A DNA stretch of 64,000 bases, from assembly GCA_020891255.1 (NCBI GenBank), contig BQFW01000015.1:620001-684000 (forward strand), read 5' to 3'. Below are positions 12,374 to 25,017 of the stretch, one piece after another. The stretch is from Entomortierella parvispora E1425 (taxonomy: Eukaryota > Fungi > Mortierellomycota). A model generated the notes under the pieces. That model saw only the letters and a program-made list of their open reading frames with translations. It was not told where the DNA came from and did no database searches. Every line of letters starts with the position of its first letter. Positions within the stretch are counted from its first letter, which is position 1. A program made the position numbers and the translations under genes.

Positions 12374-13374
12374 CATCACAGTGTTTGTCGACAAGCTCAC
12401 CAAGCAAGCTCACCAAGCAAGCTCACTTCGTCCCCAGAACTACCTCTGCCACAGCCGTCGACGTCGCCCACCAGTTTTTTGACAACATCTTCAAGCTGCA
12501 TGGCACACCAACATCCATCATCTCGGACCGCGACACTCGATTCACTAGTAGATTCTGGCAAGAGTTGCACAGGCTAATGGATGTCAAACTTGCACTGTCA
12601 ACCGCCTACCACCCACAGACGGATGGGCAGACAGAGGTTATGAACAAGACGCTGAAGACTATGTTGAGAGCGTTTATTGACAACAAGCAGTCTAACTGGG
12701 ACCAGCTCCTTCCGTCACTGGAATTCGCCTATAACAACGCTGTCAATGCATCCACGGGATACTCGCCGTTCTTCCTCAACTCTGGCCAGCACCCTCGTCT
12801 CCCCACCGCTCTCCTCGGTAAACCCAACAGCTCAGTCCCCACTGTCGATACCTTCCTGACTGAGCAGGCGACCACCCTTGCCCTGGCCCAGGATGCTCTG
12901 CAGCGTGCTCAGGATCATCAGGAGCAACAGGCAAACAAGCGACGACGGGATCACAAGTACAAGGTTGGCGATAAGGTCCTGCTGCGTGCCACCAATATCA
13001 CCATCCCTGCCGACAGTATCAGACCAGCCGATAAGCTTCGACCTCAATTCCTTGGCCCGTTCACACTTTTGGAGCAACACTCACCTGTCACCTTCCGCGT
13101 CGAGCTGCCACCATTCTACAAAATCCATGACGTCTTCCACGTTGATACCTTTCGACCCTACTTGCCGTCCCCGGAGTCACTCGGCATTCGAGCTCCTGCC
13201 CCCGTGGATCCCACTGTAATTGACGGCGAAGAGGAGTATGAAGTGGACGAAATTTTAAAGTACCGCTTCTACCGCTACGGCAGAGAAGCTGACGAATGGC
13301 TCCCAGTAAGCAACTTGGACAACTGCATGGACTTGGTCACAACCTTCAAAGAGCAGCACGGTATCATTTTTTAA
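12374..13374 (+). pseudogene. pol: pol of element A, 3' part (integrase core, GPF, deleted chromodomain)
   Basis: Resumes NFD/AITVFVDKLTKQAHFVP exactly after the inserts; a 13-bp tandem duplication CAAGCTCACCAAG near 12392-12417 shifts the frame; the chromodomain lacks the YLVKWKG segment. Confidence 0.9.
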
Positions 13375-13384
13375 AAGGGGGAGG

Positions 13385-13495
13385 TGTAACAGGAATACGG
13401 TGACATCACGCGATGTGTACCTACAAAAGCTAGAAACTTGCAATATAATAAAACTCACTTCTTGTCTCCACTCCACCCTCGATACTCCTATTGCA
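13385..13495 (+). repeat. Putative 3' LTR of element A (right end uncertain)
   Basis: TGTAAC directly after the PPT; AATAAA at about 13447; candidate TTGCA end at 13495. No partner LTR in the window to confirm the length. Confidence 0.55.
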
Positions 13496-14688
13496 ATCGT
13501 TTATTTTTCCGTGTCAGACTACAGACGTTTTTGTATTTTTGATCCCTCCGATCTTGGCGGCCAGTTTATGATATTTCTCTATACGTATGACGTGAAAACT
13601 CGGGAGGAGCTGCATTCCGAATTTTTTTTTTTTTAAAAAAAGAAATGAACGAAGATAGCCAGGTGCAACAGAAGCGCTGCAACACATGTGTACAGCCCCA
13701 GCGTTTACGACCCTGCCGCTTCAAACCCTGCCACGCAAACCAAGCCCAACAAACTCAGCCCAACCAATGTGTCCACCTTAACATAGCCATCATAGCCACA
13801 TTGATACATATTTATACCCCAATTCTCATTGTCTGACTTTTAGTCTTCCCCGCCTTGGCCTATTACACCAGGTAAGCTGTAGCCATATAACGACTCAATG
13901 CTCGATAGGAGCAGCTGGCGCGTTTCTTTAATAAACAGCCATATTTTCTTTCCAGTGAGTCTCGTCCAAAGGGGACGCTGTTGGTGAGTGGTGCTTCCAG
14001 CATGTGGCGTTTCCAGAAGTTGCGCAAAAAAAAATGATGGTGGTGACACTTTGAATCAGTGTGTGAAAAAAATCAAGACCGACTGGTCAAACTTCCTCAA
14101 ATGAACCTGCAAACTGCAAACAGACTCGTGTTCGCGAAAAGAGAACGCATCATGCAGTCTCTGATGGACTCTAGACGACAGTATGAGAGATGAACGTTGA
14201 GTGACCTTCTCTACAGCATCGATACAAAAGACCATGTCCGTTGAATCGAGCACTGCCTTCGCTTTAAAACCTTTACACGAACCTAAAGGTTATATAAGGA
14301 GGCCTCAAAGGTACAGAACAACAACAACCTCTCGCCAGGCTTCTTGGCTGAACGTTGCAAAACTTTTAAAGAGAGCAGAATATGTACCTCGTCATCCCTC
14401 TCGCCTCTCGTCGACAGTGGTGTTGAATTGCGACTTTCGTATGTAAATCAACTTCACCTTTTGCCCTCGCAAATAGTAAACCTCAACTGCTCTCTATGAC
14501 ATGAGGGAGAGCGCTGTTCAGAAAGACCTGCTCAAAGCCATCTTAACCATGTTACCATCTTGTTCATTAACTACATAGTGTGCCGATTTGTGCCGTCCAA
14601 ACACATTCTCTAAGCCACTCCGCCTTAAGAGACCAAAGCACGTCGTTCATCATTCATCTCTCCCACTTACCAAGGCAGGACGAGACAG

Positions 14689-17673
14689 ATGGCATCATCG
14701 ACCTTCAGAGCACACTCTTGCTCCTCGGGCAGATGGATCGCAGCCATATCAACTGCTGGCAGGTCAACCAGGAGTTTCGGATCTGTCTCTTCATGCAGAA
14801 TCCAACGAGGCTCACCGAGCTCTAAAATCTTCCCTGGTGACACTCCAAACGTTTTCCATCGCCTTACGGTTTGGCATCGATGCCCACGTTCTGCAGCTAC
14901 ATCTCTACATGGACAAGCCAATCCTATGGCTCGAACGTTCTCCACTTGGAACACAAAACGATCAGGTAAATCTAAACTTGCACTTCGATCGATTTGATCG
15001 TTGTTACAATGAGCGGCGAATACTTAATAATCGCTTTGGCAATTAGGAACCAATTTTCCAAGCTGTCGAATTGGTTGCTCAAAGGGTGATCCGTGTTTGC
15101 TCTCCTCAAGACAGCACAAAATTCGGTCCATGTCATCGGCAGTTATCGCTTCTACTACGTTGGACCCAAACAGATCGGCAAAAATATTCGCAAGAATTTC
15201 GCGCTTGCCGAAATGGAGGACATTAACAAAACCGGAACAGCCCTTGATGCCCATCCACTCGATTTCAATGCCGTCCAACTCAATGCTCTTGAAAGTTTGC
15301 CATGAACTACATATTTCAGATGGAACCAGTGCGAGGTCATTGGAGCTGTCCACAAAAGCTGTTGATGACGTGACTAAAATATGTAAGGGGCATTACTTCG
15401 AGATTGCAGCGAATGATTTCGACTTTATCCTTGAGACGATCCGCGGCTATTCGACAAGTCAGCAGCAGTTTTGGGAGTCCATGGCAACTCTGGTCCGTTA
15501 TTCTATATCACACAGAGGACTGAGGAGTGGAAAAACACTGGCAACCACAATCAATGGGCGCCATATTCAAGTCGATGAATTTTGGCCACAGAACATAGCA
15601 GACACTATATCGAGTGCATTTTGGAGCGAAAGTTCATCTGAATTTATGGAGCAAATCGAACAAGCATGGGATAGAGAATACTCTACCTTATGCGAGCGGG
15701 AATATGTTAAAGCGAGGAATATCCAGGCCTGCTCTGCTGACCCTTCATCTGACACGGCACCCCTGGCTTTGGAAATGGAGGCTGGAGCAACTAGACGGGC
15801 ACATTGTTCAAGGCAACATCGGTCAAGTCCCTTGGATGTGGAGTGTCTAGCTCATGTATTGATCGATGCTCTCTTGCTGAAGAAGCACACTAAGCGAGCG
15901 CTGATATTATATGATCGGCTGAGTGAACTTGGGTTCATGATGCCATCACGGCTTCTCGCAAGTTTTATTCGAATCGCGGTCACTGGTATGGATCGATATC
16001 AACTCGAGCGGATCGGAAAGATGCTTTTGGAGCACGAGCGAATTTACACCGATACAACTCTGGCTCGTCATTCTGAAAGATGCTTAAATCGGCCGCTCTT
16101 AATGTCTTCTAAGTTGATGGATTCTTTCATCCATGGAGCTTCCGAGTGCGAACTCTATGATATTGCGAGGGCAGTTTTTCAAAAAGGATTACAGGCAGGC
16201 AAGCATTACCGGATTTCCACATATACCATGGTCCTCAATACGTACTCCGTGAAAGAATTTGGGTTTGACGTCGTCGCTGCCGCTGAGACTTACAGGAAAG
16301 AAGGGCTTCAAGCGAAGTTGCAGGGGCATCCTCGTCAGAAATCTGGTGATTTCGAATCACGCAGCACTGCCACCGCCAACAAATCGAATGGAGGTCGAGC
16401 CGCCAGAGGCATGACACCCGCAGACCCAGCAGAGATTGATATGTATATCTCGTCGATGGAAAGCCACGGAGCCAAGCCATCAGCCACCACGCTGAACGTC
16501 CTGGTAAAGCTGTATCTTGAGATGGCTCAGTACAAAGTCCCAGGGGCTCCTTCATGGATGTCTGCTTTCAAGCGATACAATCCTTTGGGGCTGTCTCCCG
16601 ACTTGGTGACCAACAACACACTCCTTGCATATTACGAAAAGCATAAAGACTTGGACACAATGCGGAAAATCTACAACGACATGGTCGCCAAAGACCCTAT
16701 CAAGAACGTTACCCGCCCTTCACGTAGCAAGATGGGCGAATTAGAGATCTTACCAGAACTTGAGGATAGCCGACCCCCCGCTGATGGGGCATGGGGCGAT
16801 GGTCAGAGTCCTATTACAGAGCAAGCCAATCTTCAGTCAGAATCGCTACTTCAAGATCATTACAACCCTTCTCAGACCTCTGAGCTACGAAAAGTCCCTT
16901 ACGTTCGCTCAAACCGAGATATCTTCACCTATAACATTATGCTTCACGCACTTCTCCAACACGCGGTTGAAACTAAGGACCTGGCATCAATTGGCCAATG
17001 CTTCCACGACATGGAGCTGGATGGAATCCAAGCTGACACAGTGACGTTCAATACCAACATACTTTATCACATCACTCGGGGGGACCTGGCAGCAGCCCTG
17101 CAGGTCTTCAAGAGCATGGATCTTACCTCAGCTCGGAACTCCTCCCCCTTTTCGAAATCCAAGCCAGTGAAATCGACCCAGTCAATGCAACCTCGACTAC
17201 ACAACCGGGATAAAAAGCTAGAGCAGACTCCGGACTCACGCGATGACTCAGAGGCTGCCTCTGATGCACCTTCCCGCCCTATGCCTGATGTTGTGACGCT
17301 TACATCTCTAATAAGTGGATTCGGGCGTGCCAAACAGATGGACAAAGCAGCTCAGTTCTTCAAGGATATGACGAGCCGATATGGGTTGGAGCCGAATCTT
17401 AAGACCTATTCAACCCTCGTTGCGGCACTTCACCGCACTGGTGACCACATAGCAGCGGAGTCTCTCTGGGATATTGTTCTAAAGGATGATGCCAACACTG
17501 TACGCAAGGACAGAAAGAGTGACAAAGAAGACGAGGATTTTAGTTTACCCTTGGAGAAGACAGATATGTTGGAGCAGCTAGCTGAGAGTCTGAAACGCGA
17601 ATCACCCCTGACAATTATGGAGCGTCGCCAGATTGAAGCCAGAAAACGAATGGCGGAAATCAGTTCTTATTAG
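14689..17673 (+). CDS. Pentatricopeptide-repeat (PPR) protein, probably mitochondrial; 2 exons (14689-14965, 15047-17673)
   Basis: R/S-rich N-terminus; GT-AG intron restores frame into the 858-aa ORF; PPR-like units (PDLVTNNTLLAYY, DIFTYNIMLHAL, ADTVTFNTNI, PDVVTLTSLISGFGR, PNLKTYSTLVAAL). Confidence 0.88.
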
Positions 17674-18175
17674 CAATGTTCACCTAAAAAAGAAATATTG
17701 TGCTTCTCACTCATGATGATAAAATACATTGAAAAAGACCTGAGGGCCAGATTACCTATTCGTTTTTCTTTCCTTCTTCAACCTACCTTTCTTCCCCCCT
17801 CGTTAAACAACCACCACCAACCCACACAGCTATACTCGCATACACACACACCTACGCCAGCACCAGTAACTGCAGGAGGTCGACAAGAGGACAGGCGGAT
17901 GACGAGGTACATGTTCTGCTCTCTTTGGAAGTTTTGCAGCGTTCCAAGAAACCTTGCCAGAGGTTGCTGTTATTCTGTACCTTTGAAGCCTCCTTATATA
18001 ACCTTTGGGTTCGTGTAAAGGTTTTAGAGGACGAAGGCAGTGCCTCGATATTCAATGGACATTTCAACTTACGATATTAAAAAATACTGTGACGTAATTG
18101 TGGCGTGGATTGTCCTGCAAAACAACTATTACTTTCTTTGCTTTCTCTTCTATCTCACCTTCCTGACAAATTGAG

Positions 18176-20386
18176 ATGCCTCCGAAGTTGAAGAGAGCAG
18201 GAGAAGGGGACGCTGGAGATGATGCCCGGAAGCGTCCTAGCATTTCTTCTGCCACTGCTAAATCTGTTGCGATTGCAGCGCCTGGTGTTGTCGCATCTGT
18301 CAAAACAGGAATTACAACCAAGTCGAGTGCCACCTCAAAGCCAGGAGCCGTCCGTGGAGCTCCAAAGCCAGGTATTCGCAAAGTAGGCATAGCTACAATG
18401 ACAAGCCGAGCTAGAGTTGGCTCGACCGGAAGTCCCTTAGCAAAAAAGGAGGCCCCTGCCCCCATTGTCACGAAGAATGTGTTGATGTGGTTCAGGAACG
18501 ATCTTCGAGTCAGGGACAATAAGGCCCTTCATGCAGCCTCTTTAAGAGCAAAGATGGGCGACAGGCGGAATGTAGTAGGCCTTTACATTATTTCGGAATC
18601 GGAATGGACCAGCCACGACGATGCCCCATTGAAGATTGACTTTTGGCTACGAAACCTTGCGGCTTTGAAAATTGTTCTGGCAGAGCTCAACATCCCATTG
18701 GTTGTAAAGACCGCTGTCGCCAAGACTGACGTGATCGGCATTGTGGAGGCTGTTGTCAAGGACATGGATATTAGCCACGTGTTCTGGAATGCGGACTATT
18801 TGGTTGATGAAATGAAGAGGGACAATCTGGTGAAATCTGCAATCACAAAGCACCCAGGAGTTTACACCGAAGAGTGCCAAGATCAGTGTATAGTATCTCC
18901 GAGAGAGATCAAAAGCAAGGTAACAATGAATGTTTGGTACGAAATGGTCGTACGATGATCCCATTTTTTGACAATGTTTTGATAAATGTTTTTACTTTTC
19001 TTAGACTGGAGCTGCCTTCACCGACTTCGTCGCCTTCCACAATGCCTGGTGCACTCTTGTGGAGACAGAGCCCCATTTTCTAAAAATCGTCGATGCGCCG
19101 CAAGCTAACGCAGTGGAGGCGAAGCAGTTTTATGCCGATATTTTCCGCGCCTCTATTTCCGCCCTTTATCCTCATTCACTCGACCGAGAGCAAATGGAAC
19201 AACTCTATCCTGCAGGAGAAGAGGCTGCTCGTAATTGTCTCGATGAATTCATCAAACACAAAATCAAGGACTATCATAAGCTCCGTGACGATCTCAAGGA
19301 TCCAGGATGCAGTGCCCTTGATCCTTATGTCAGTAATGGGATTATTTCAACTCGCCAGTGTGTGACAGCTGCTCGGGCTGAGAATGGTGGCAAAATATTT
19401 GTAGGGAATGCTGGTATCAGAGCCTGGATCAAGGACCTCGCGTGGAAGGTACAACTGCGTTGGATTACATGTCCCTCAGCTTTATTCTCCTGACGCTAAC
19501 GATATATTTATCTCGACTCCTACCTTTATCAGGAGTTTTATAAAAGCATAGCCTTTGCATTTCCAAAAGTCTGCAAGTATAAGCCGTTCGAGAAGATTAC
19601 CGAAAACATCCGGTGGAGCTATGATGAGCACAAGTTTGCAATGTGGTGCCAAGGAAAAACTGGATATCCCATTGTTGATGCAGGTAATGTTGAGTGGCTT
19701 TTTTTTTGGTCGGGTTGGGTTGGCTGTATTGCATATTCTTACCCATTCATTTTCCCGCCCATCATAGGCATGCGACAGCTAAATGCCACTGGATATATGC
19801 ATCACCGCGTGCGCATTATTGCTGCCTGCTTCTTGGCTAAAGATTTGATGGTCCACTGGCAGAAGGGGGAAAAATATTTCATGCACAACCTTATCGATGG
19901 CGAGTTTGCGCCCAACAATGGAGGCTGGCAATGGGTATTTATAATGATCCACGGATTGCTCAAGTTTTTGTTTTTGTAGAAATCTTGCTGTATGCCTAAC
20001 TTCTGGAACATTGTCGTTGCTTCAATTAATCCCACTTGCTAGTGCGCTTCCACTGGAGCAGGAGCACAGCCCTACTACCGAATTCCTAGCCCTCTTGCTC
20101 AATCCCAAAAGTTCGATCCAAACGGCGACTATATTCGACGGTGGGTTCCTGAACTGACAGGTCTTTCGGAGAAATTTATCCATGACCCGTACCATACACT
20201 GTCAGCAAAAGACTTTGGGAAACTTAGGTATAGTAAAACTTTGGATTCAATGAAGCCAAGGCGAGGTTATCGACGACTTACCCGCTTTTTATTGTCCTTA
20301 GTTACCCCAAGCCTATTGTAGAGCACACCGAGGTTGTTAAGAAGAAATTCACGGAAGAGTTCAAGCGCGCAACTGGCAAAGCATAG
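18176..20386 (+). CDS. DNA photolyase/cryptochrome family protein (class I CPD photolyase-like, divergent), multi-exon
   Basis: LMWFRNDLRVRDNKAL, WCQGKTGYPIVDAGMRQL, NNGGWQW, KFDPNGDYIRRWVPEL, YPKPIV across GT-AG introns. Confidence 0.92.
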
Positions 20387-21631
20387 TCTTTTCTTGTATA
20401 GTATCTACTCCTGGCATAAATCAATCATGTACACTAAGTACAACTCTCTTATGAACCCCCTCCATCCTCTCTCCTCAGCACTGCAGTTTTATTTGTTATG
20501 ATACGCGCTGTGAAGAAGCACTCAATTTACCACTATCGATATCAAAACACAAGTTGTCTGGTCAAAACTAGAGGCAGAATAGAAGGAACCAGAGCATGAC
20601 ATGCAAACCCATTGGTCAAAACTGCGGCGGCAGCCAACATCCAAAGAAGGCGCGCGCCTCTCAACAATCTTTGCGCGAAGCGCAGGTGTCTTTTGAGTGA
20701 TGGCGTCAGCCTGAACCGAGTCCCCCAAGTACTCTGCGCGTGAGGGGCTGAAAGCCCGAACTGAGCCTCCGGAAGGAGGCGCTCCAAAATCACCTGGGAG
20801 CTGACTGCTACCCTCATTCATTGTATGATATCTTTTGGGGAGTTTGTATGTGAGTAAAGAGCGAATATCAGGAGAAAAAAAAAAGAGCCATCGTTGACTA
20901 TGCTGGTCTTCCTCCACCCCGATTATCTCCTCCTCTGCCGCTCCACTCCTTCCTCGATTCCAGATCTACTGACTCCACAACTCGGGGCGTATACCACCGA
21001 CACAAACCCTTCACTGAGTGAGGCCGTATCTTCCTCCGCCGGGATACGCTCAACTGTATGTGCCGCTTGCGGTCCTGATCGTAAAACAAAAAAACCCCAA
21101 TTATCCTTCCTGTCGTTCCGCTGCAGAATGCCACAGGCAGACACGCTAGTTTTCCACCGACCATGGGGGGACTTTCCTTTTTGGGCGTCTTATCCGTCGA
21201 CCTTGACATTTCGTATCCGCCGACCTTCTTGTCCCTCATCCGCCGACCACTCCGTTTCTTGACCACCGACACTTCCGTAACCGCCACCTTGTGTAATTTT
21301 GGGGGGGTTTGAAAAGTAGATACTGTGGATCCTATACCAATGTGTCTAGCTATATCTCCCTTATAGCTTGACCAGCTGAGTCCCTGAAACTTCTGCCGTT
21401 GGTGACCGGCTGCTCTAAAGGACAGCTGTTGGCGAGAAAGACCGCCGGTCTACAAGAGACCGATCTAGATTTTTTTTTCCGCTGACATGAACAAAGTACT
21501 TTGGTTAGGTCGAGGACTAAGGAAGGGGTCGTTGGCGGATACGGCAGTGGTTATAGGTCGGTGGATGAAAGACAAAAAGGTTGTCGGCGGATAACAACGA
21601 AGTTCATTTAGAGTGGGATGAGGCAAAAGTT

Positions 21632-21703
21632 TTCCCAGTCCGGGGATCGAACCCGGGCCTTGTCGGTGAGAGCGACAAATCCTGACCACTGGACCAACTA
21701 GGA
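21632..21703 (-). tRNA. tRNA-Glu(CTC), intronless, 72 nt
   Basis: Acceptor stem TCCTAGT/ACTGGGA, anticodon arm TGTCG-CTCTCAC-CGACA, T-loop GGTTCGATCC, followed by a TTTT terminator. Confidence 0.96.
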
Positions 21704-21857
21704 GGAACTGATATAAACAACAGTGCTGCTATCTTATTTATCGTGTCTCAATCACATGACTATTACATCGGACCCTTAAGAAGGTTCGACTTCCTGGTGG
21801 TTCATCCTTTTGCAACATCTTTCCACATTCCCCCGTCCCAACTCTAGTTTTCGCCGA

Positions 21858-23907
21858 ATGGATCGCCCAGTTAGGGTACTTATTGTCGGCGGCGGTATCG
21901 GTGGACTGTCCCTGGCTAACATGTTTGAGAAAGCAGGTATTGAGTATATTGTACTCGAGAAAGCTGTCCGAATAAGGGCTTTGGGGTCTTCTCTTGGTCT
22001 GGATGCTTCCTCTTTGCCAGTTATGGAGCAGCTGGGCCTCCTTCAAGACTTTTACCGCGCCTCGAAACCCGTTCGTCAGTTCAATTTTTACAACGAATCG
22101 CTGGATTCGATCGGAAAAGTCGACTTTTCTGACCTCGAAGAGATGTAACGTCAGGCTGTTCACTATGCGTTAATGACACTTCTCTATTATTTTGCTGACA
22201 TCATACTATATTCTCTCAGTGGCGGGTACCCTGCTATCATCTTGGACAGACCTGCCTTCTACAACATTCTACTTAAGAATATTCCCAAGAACAAAATCCT
22301 TTATAATAAGAGAGTCCTTTCTATCACACAGGACCAGGACGGAGCCACGGCTAAGTGTTCGGACGGCAGGTGTGTTTTCATGTAGTCCCTGTTTTAGCCC
22401 TTCACATCCGTCTTTTTGCTCTCAGCTAGATCATGGTCTGGACCCTTGATCACGCTCAGTTGTGTACGCCATTCGCGATGACCCGTGATTACTAACATTG
22501 TTTGTTTTGACACAGTGCATACCTTAGTGATATAGTTATCGGCGCAGGTATCGATTGTTATACCACACAGTACGGCATGTCGTTTTTTACGTGTTACAAT
22601 TCATTGACCAAAACTTGACCCGTTAGATGGTGCCTACAGCGCAACAAGGCAGAACATATACCGAGCCTTGAAGGAAGAGGGAAATCTGCCCGCTAATGAC
22701 TGCAAACCACTCGGATACAACCAACACTGTCTAGGTACCATACCAATTAGTCATTCAATATTAGTTTCCATGTCTTCACAAGTTTAACCTAGTTGATTCC
22801 ACTCTCTGTCAGTTGGTGTTAGCGATGCCCTCGACCCTGAGCAATACCCAATCCTGAAGAGTGATACTGCAGACTTTGAGATTGTCATACCACAGAGAGA
22901 TCCTTTTTATGTAAATTGTAACAGCTTGTGCGACGATGGACTAATGAAATGGTCACACCGTCTGCGCATTGCTCACACGACTTCTTGCATAGGCCATCTA
23001 TATGCCGCTTCCAGATAATAGGATCTCTTGGGCTGTGATCCAGAATGTGCCTCGTTCGGATGCCCTCAAGGGCGACAGTTTTAAATTTTCGGAATGGGGA
23101 CCTGAGGCTGCTGCTGAAATGGCAAACTATGTTCGTAACCAACCTGCACCTTTTCTTCGGACATCGAACACATGGCCTACAACCAACAGGACAGCCACTG
23201 AGCCTTCAGATCTTGATGTAGCTTCATATGGAACTTTGGGCGATATTATTGACAACACACCAAAAGATCTGATATCCAAGATTTTACTGGAAGAGAAGTT
23301 TTTCGAGACCTGGCATCATGGTCGAGTTGTTTTGATGGGTGATGGTATGTTTCATGAAAATTGATAGTGACATCAAAGAATAGGAATGGTTCCGTTAACT
23401 GCATCGCCATTGTTAATGATAGCCTGCCATAAAGTTGTACCCAGTGCTGGTCTTGGCGCCAATCTTGCAATTCTAGAAGGTGTTCATCTTTGCAATTTGA
23501 TTGCAGACTTGCCCCGTCCTGTCACTGCCTTGAACATCACCAAGATCTTCGAGGCATACTATAGTCAGCGGGCCAAGATCGCCAAGGTAGCTCTTGCAAA
23601 GTCGAAGCAATTTGGGAAAGTTATGGGTGACAGAGTATGTACCAGCACTGTTATGTTCGTAACTGCCCTATGAGCGTGACGTTTCTAATCATTTGTTTTG
23701 TTAACGTGCTAGGGTCCTATTTCGCGGTTGGTACGCAAGGTATTTCTAAACCACATGCCAGATTGGATGGCACGATACTCCAACACGCAACGATTGCAGC
23801 ACCGGCCGCAGCTACATTTCTTAGCTCAGATCCCGGATCGCGGATCTGTCAAAGGCCGACCTCAAGAGGAACGACTCTTCGGGAAGCAACATGCTGTCAA
23901 CGTTTAA
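21858..23907 (+). CDS. FAD-dependent monooxygenase (salicylate hydroxylase/zeaxanthin epoxidase-like), multi-exon
   Basis: VLIVGGGIGGL dinucleotide fold, IGADG motif, GRVVLMGDACH motif across introns; C-terminal RPQLHFL...RG. Confidence 0.9.
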
Positions 23908-25017
23908 TAATTAGGCGATACTTTCCAGGAGATGCAAATTATCAAGCATAAAACTAATAGACCGAATTGGCTCTCCTGGGAATGGTGAAGTTCCGAGCAA
24001 AGGGAAACGTGGTTTCGCGAAATGGCATGATGGCAGTGCTAAAGCCGTGGTTGAGACTATGGGATGGTTTGAAGGTCCCGAGTAGCGCGGTACAGTGCAG
24101 CTAAAACACTTTTAGGCAGGGTGAGTCTTCGGGGAGACATGGAACTGTTACAAAAACGCCCGACAGCTCATCCTGCCGTGTAACATTGAGCAGGCAAGAG
24201 AGCGAAAAGGCGAGATGGTTAGAAGGACACTGCAACAAAGTGAAAGAGTGAGCGGACAGGATAGATAGTCCACATGTTCGGACTCAGCGAAGTAAACTTC
24301 CCTATGTATCCGCATCATGTACCGTCTATATACTCACTACACTTGGCTGTGGCGAGCGGCCAGTTGGCTAAATCGTTCTAAAGGTGCACTTCGGATGGAG
24401 CCGGTCTTTCAAATGGCGACCGGCGTCACATCCTGTTCCCCGCAATTTTCCTTTATTATCCCACCTGCTGGAAATTCCGCTTTTGATACTCCGCAGATCG
24501 TGTGTCGTTGTTACAAACCTGGGGTGTGGGGTCTCTGACTATCTGTCGAAATGCCTCTTGTCAACAGCATGTACGGTTTCGTACGTACATGTAGACTACC
24601 ATGCATGACCCTCCCCGGGATAGACTCAGGCTCACCTCGGCTTACATTCAGCCTGCCACCACTGAATGCTTATAATCCACAACTCTACAACAATAGATTG
24701 CCGCTCTTGAGGAAAACTCTTTTTCTGCCGTATCTTCTTTCAGTTTCCGCTCTTTCTCCCCTTTGACTTGCCCGGCTTACCTCCCTCCGCCCGTCCTCTT
24801 AAAAGAGCTGCTCGCCATGGGCCCCCATATTGCCCTCTTTTGTTTTTGTTCCTCCTCCTTATCCATCTCCCCAGAGCCTCTTCCAGGGTTCTTTACGCCC
24901 TCTACCATCCCCTTTTCCACCAACTCCTCTCCCATCGATAGAGCTCCAAACGCGAAAGCACCTCTATCGCTTTATCCTTCCGCATATCCTCTCCACCTTC
25001 TCTGTTGAAACAAAAGC

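Larger units (their letters stand above)
378..13495 (+). mobile_element. Element A: degenerate Ty3/gypsy chromovirus-type LTR retrotransposon, interrupted by three solo-LTR-like inserts and a nested element; 5' LTR not seen in window
   Basis: gag (AGDEVIGWW... plus CCHC knuckle CFRCRELGHISPNC), protease (ILIDGGAEGN), RT (LRMCVDYRGLN, YLDDLLIYS), RNase H (ETDASGFAIGAVL), integrase (HDAHDSATAGHFG...CEKCQ, ISDRDTRF, TDGQTE), GPF motif, truncated chromodomain (EEEYEVDEIL), PPT AAAAGGGGGAGG 13373-13384 then TGTAAC at 13385. Reading frames rejoin exactly across the inserts. Both outer limits are approximate. Confidence 0.9.

Noticed and set aside
13640-14460. Short ORFs between the TE nest and the PPR gene as a transposase relic
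   Set aside because: No DDE, zinc-finger or RuvC motif could be recognised in any frame I read.
20700-21180. RNase MRP RNA (GGAAAGTCCCC on minus at about 21165-21177; ACAACTCGGGGCG on plus at about 20977-20989)
   Set aside because: The CR-I-like and CR-V-like motifs are on opposite strands, so they cannot form P4 in one transcript.
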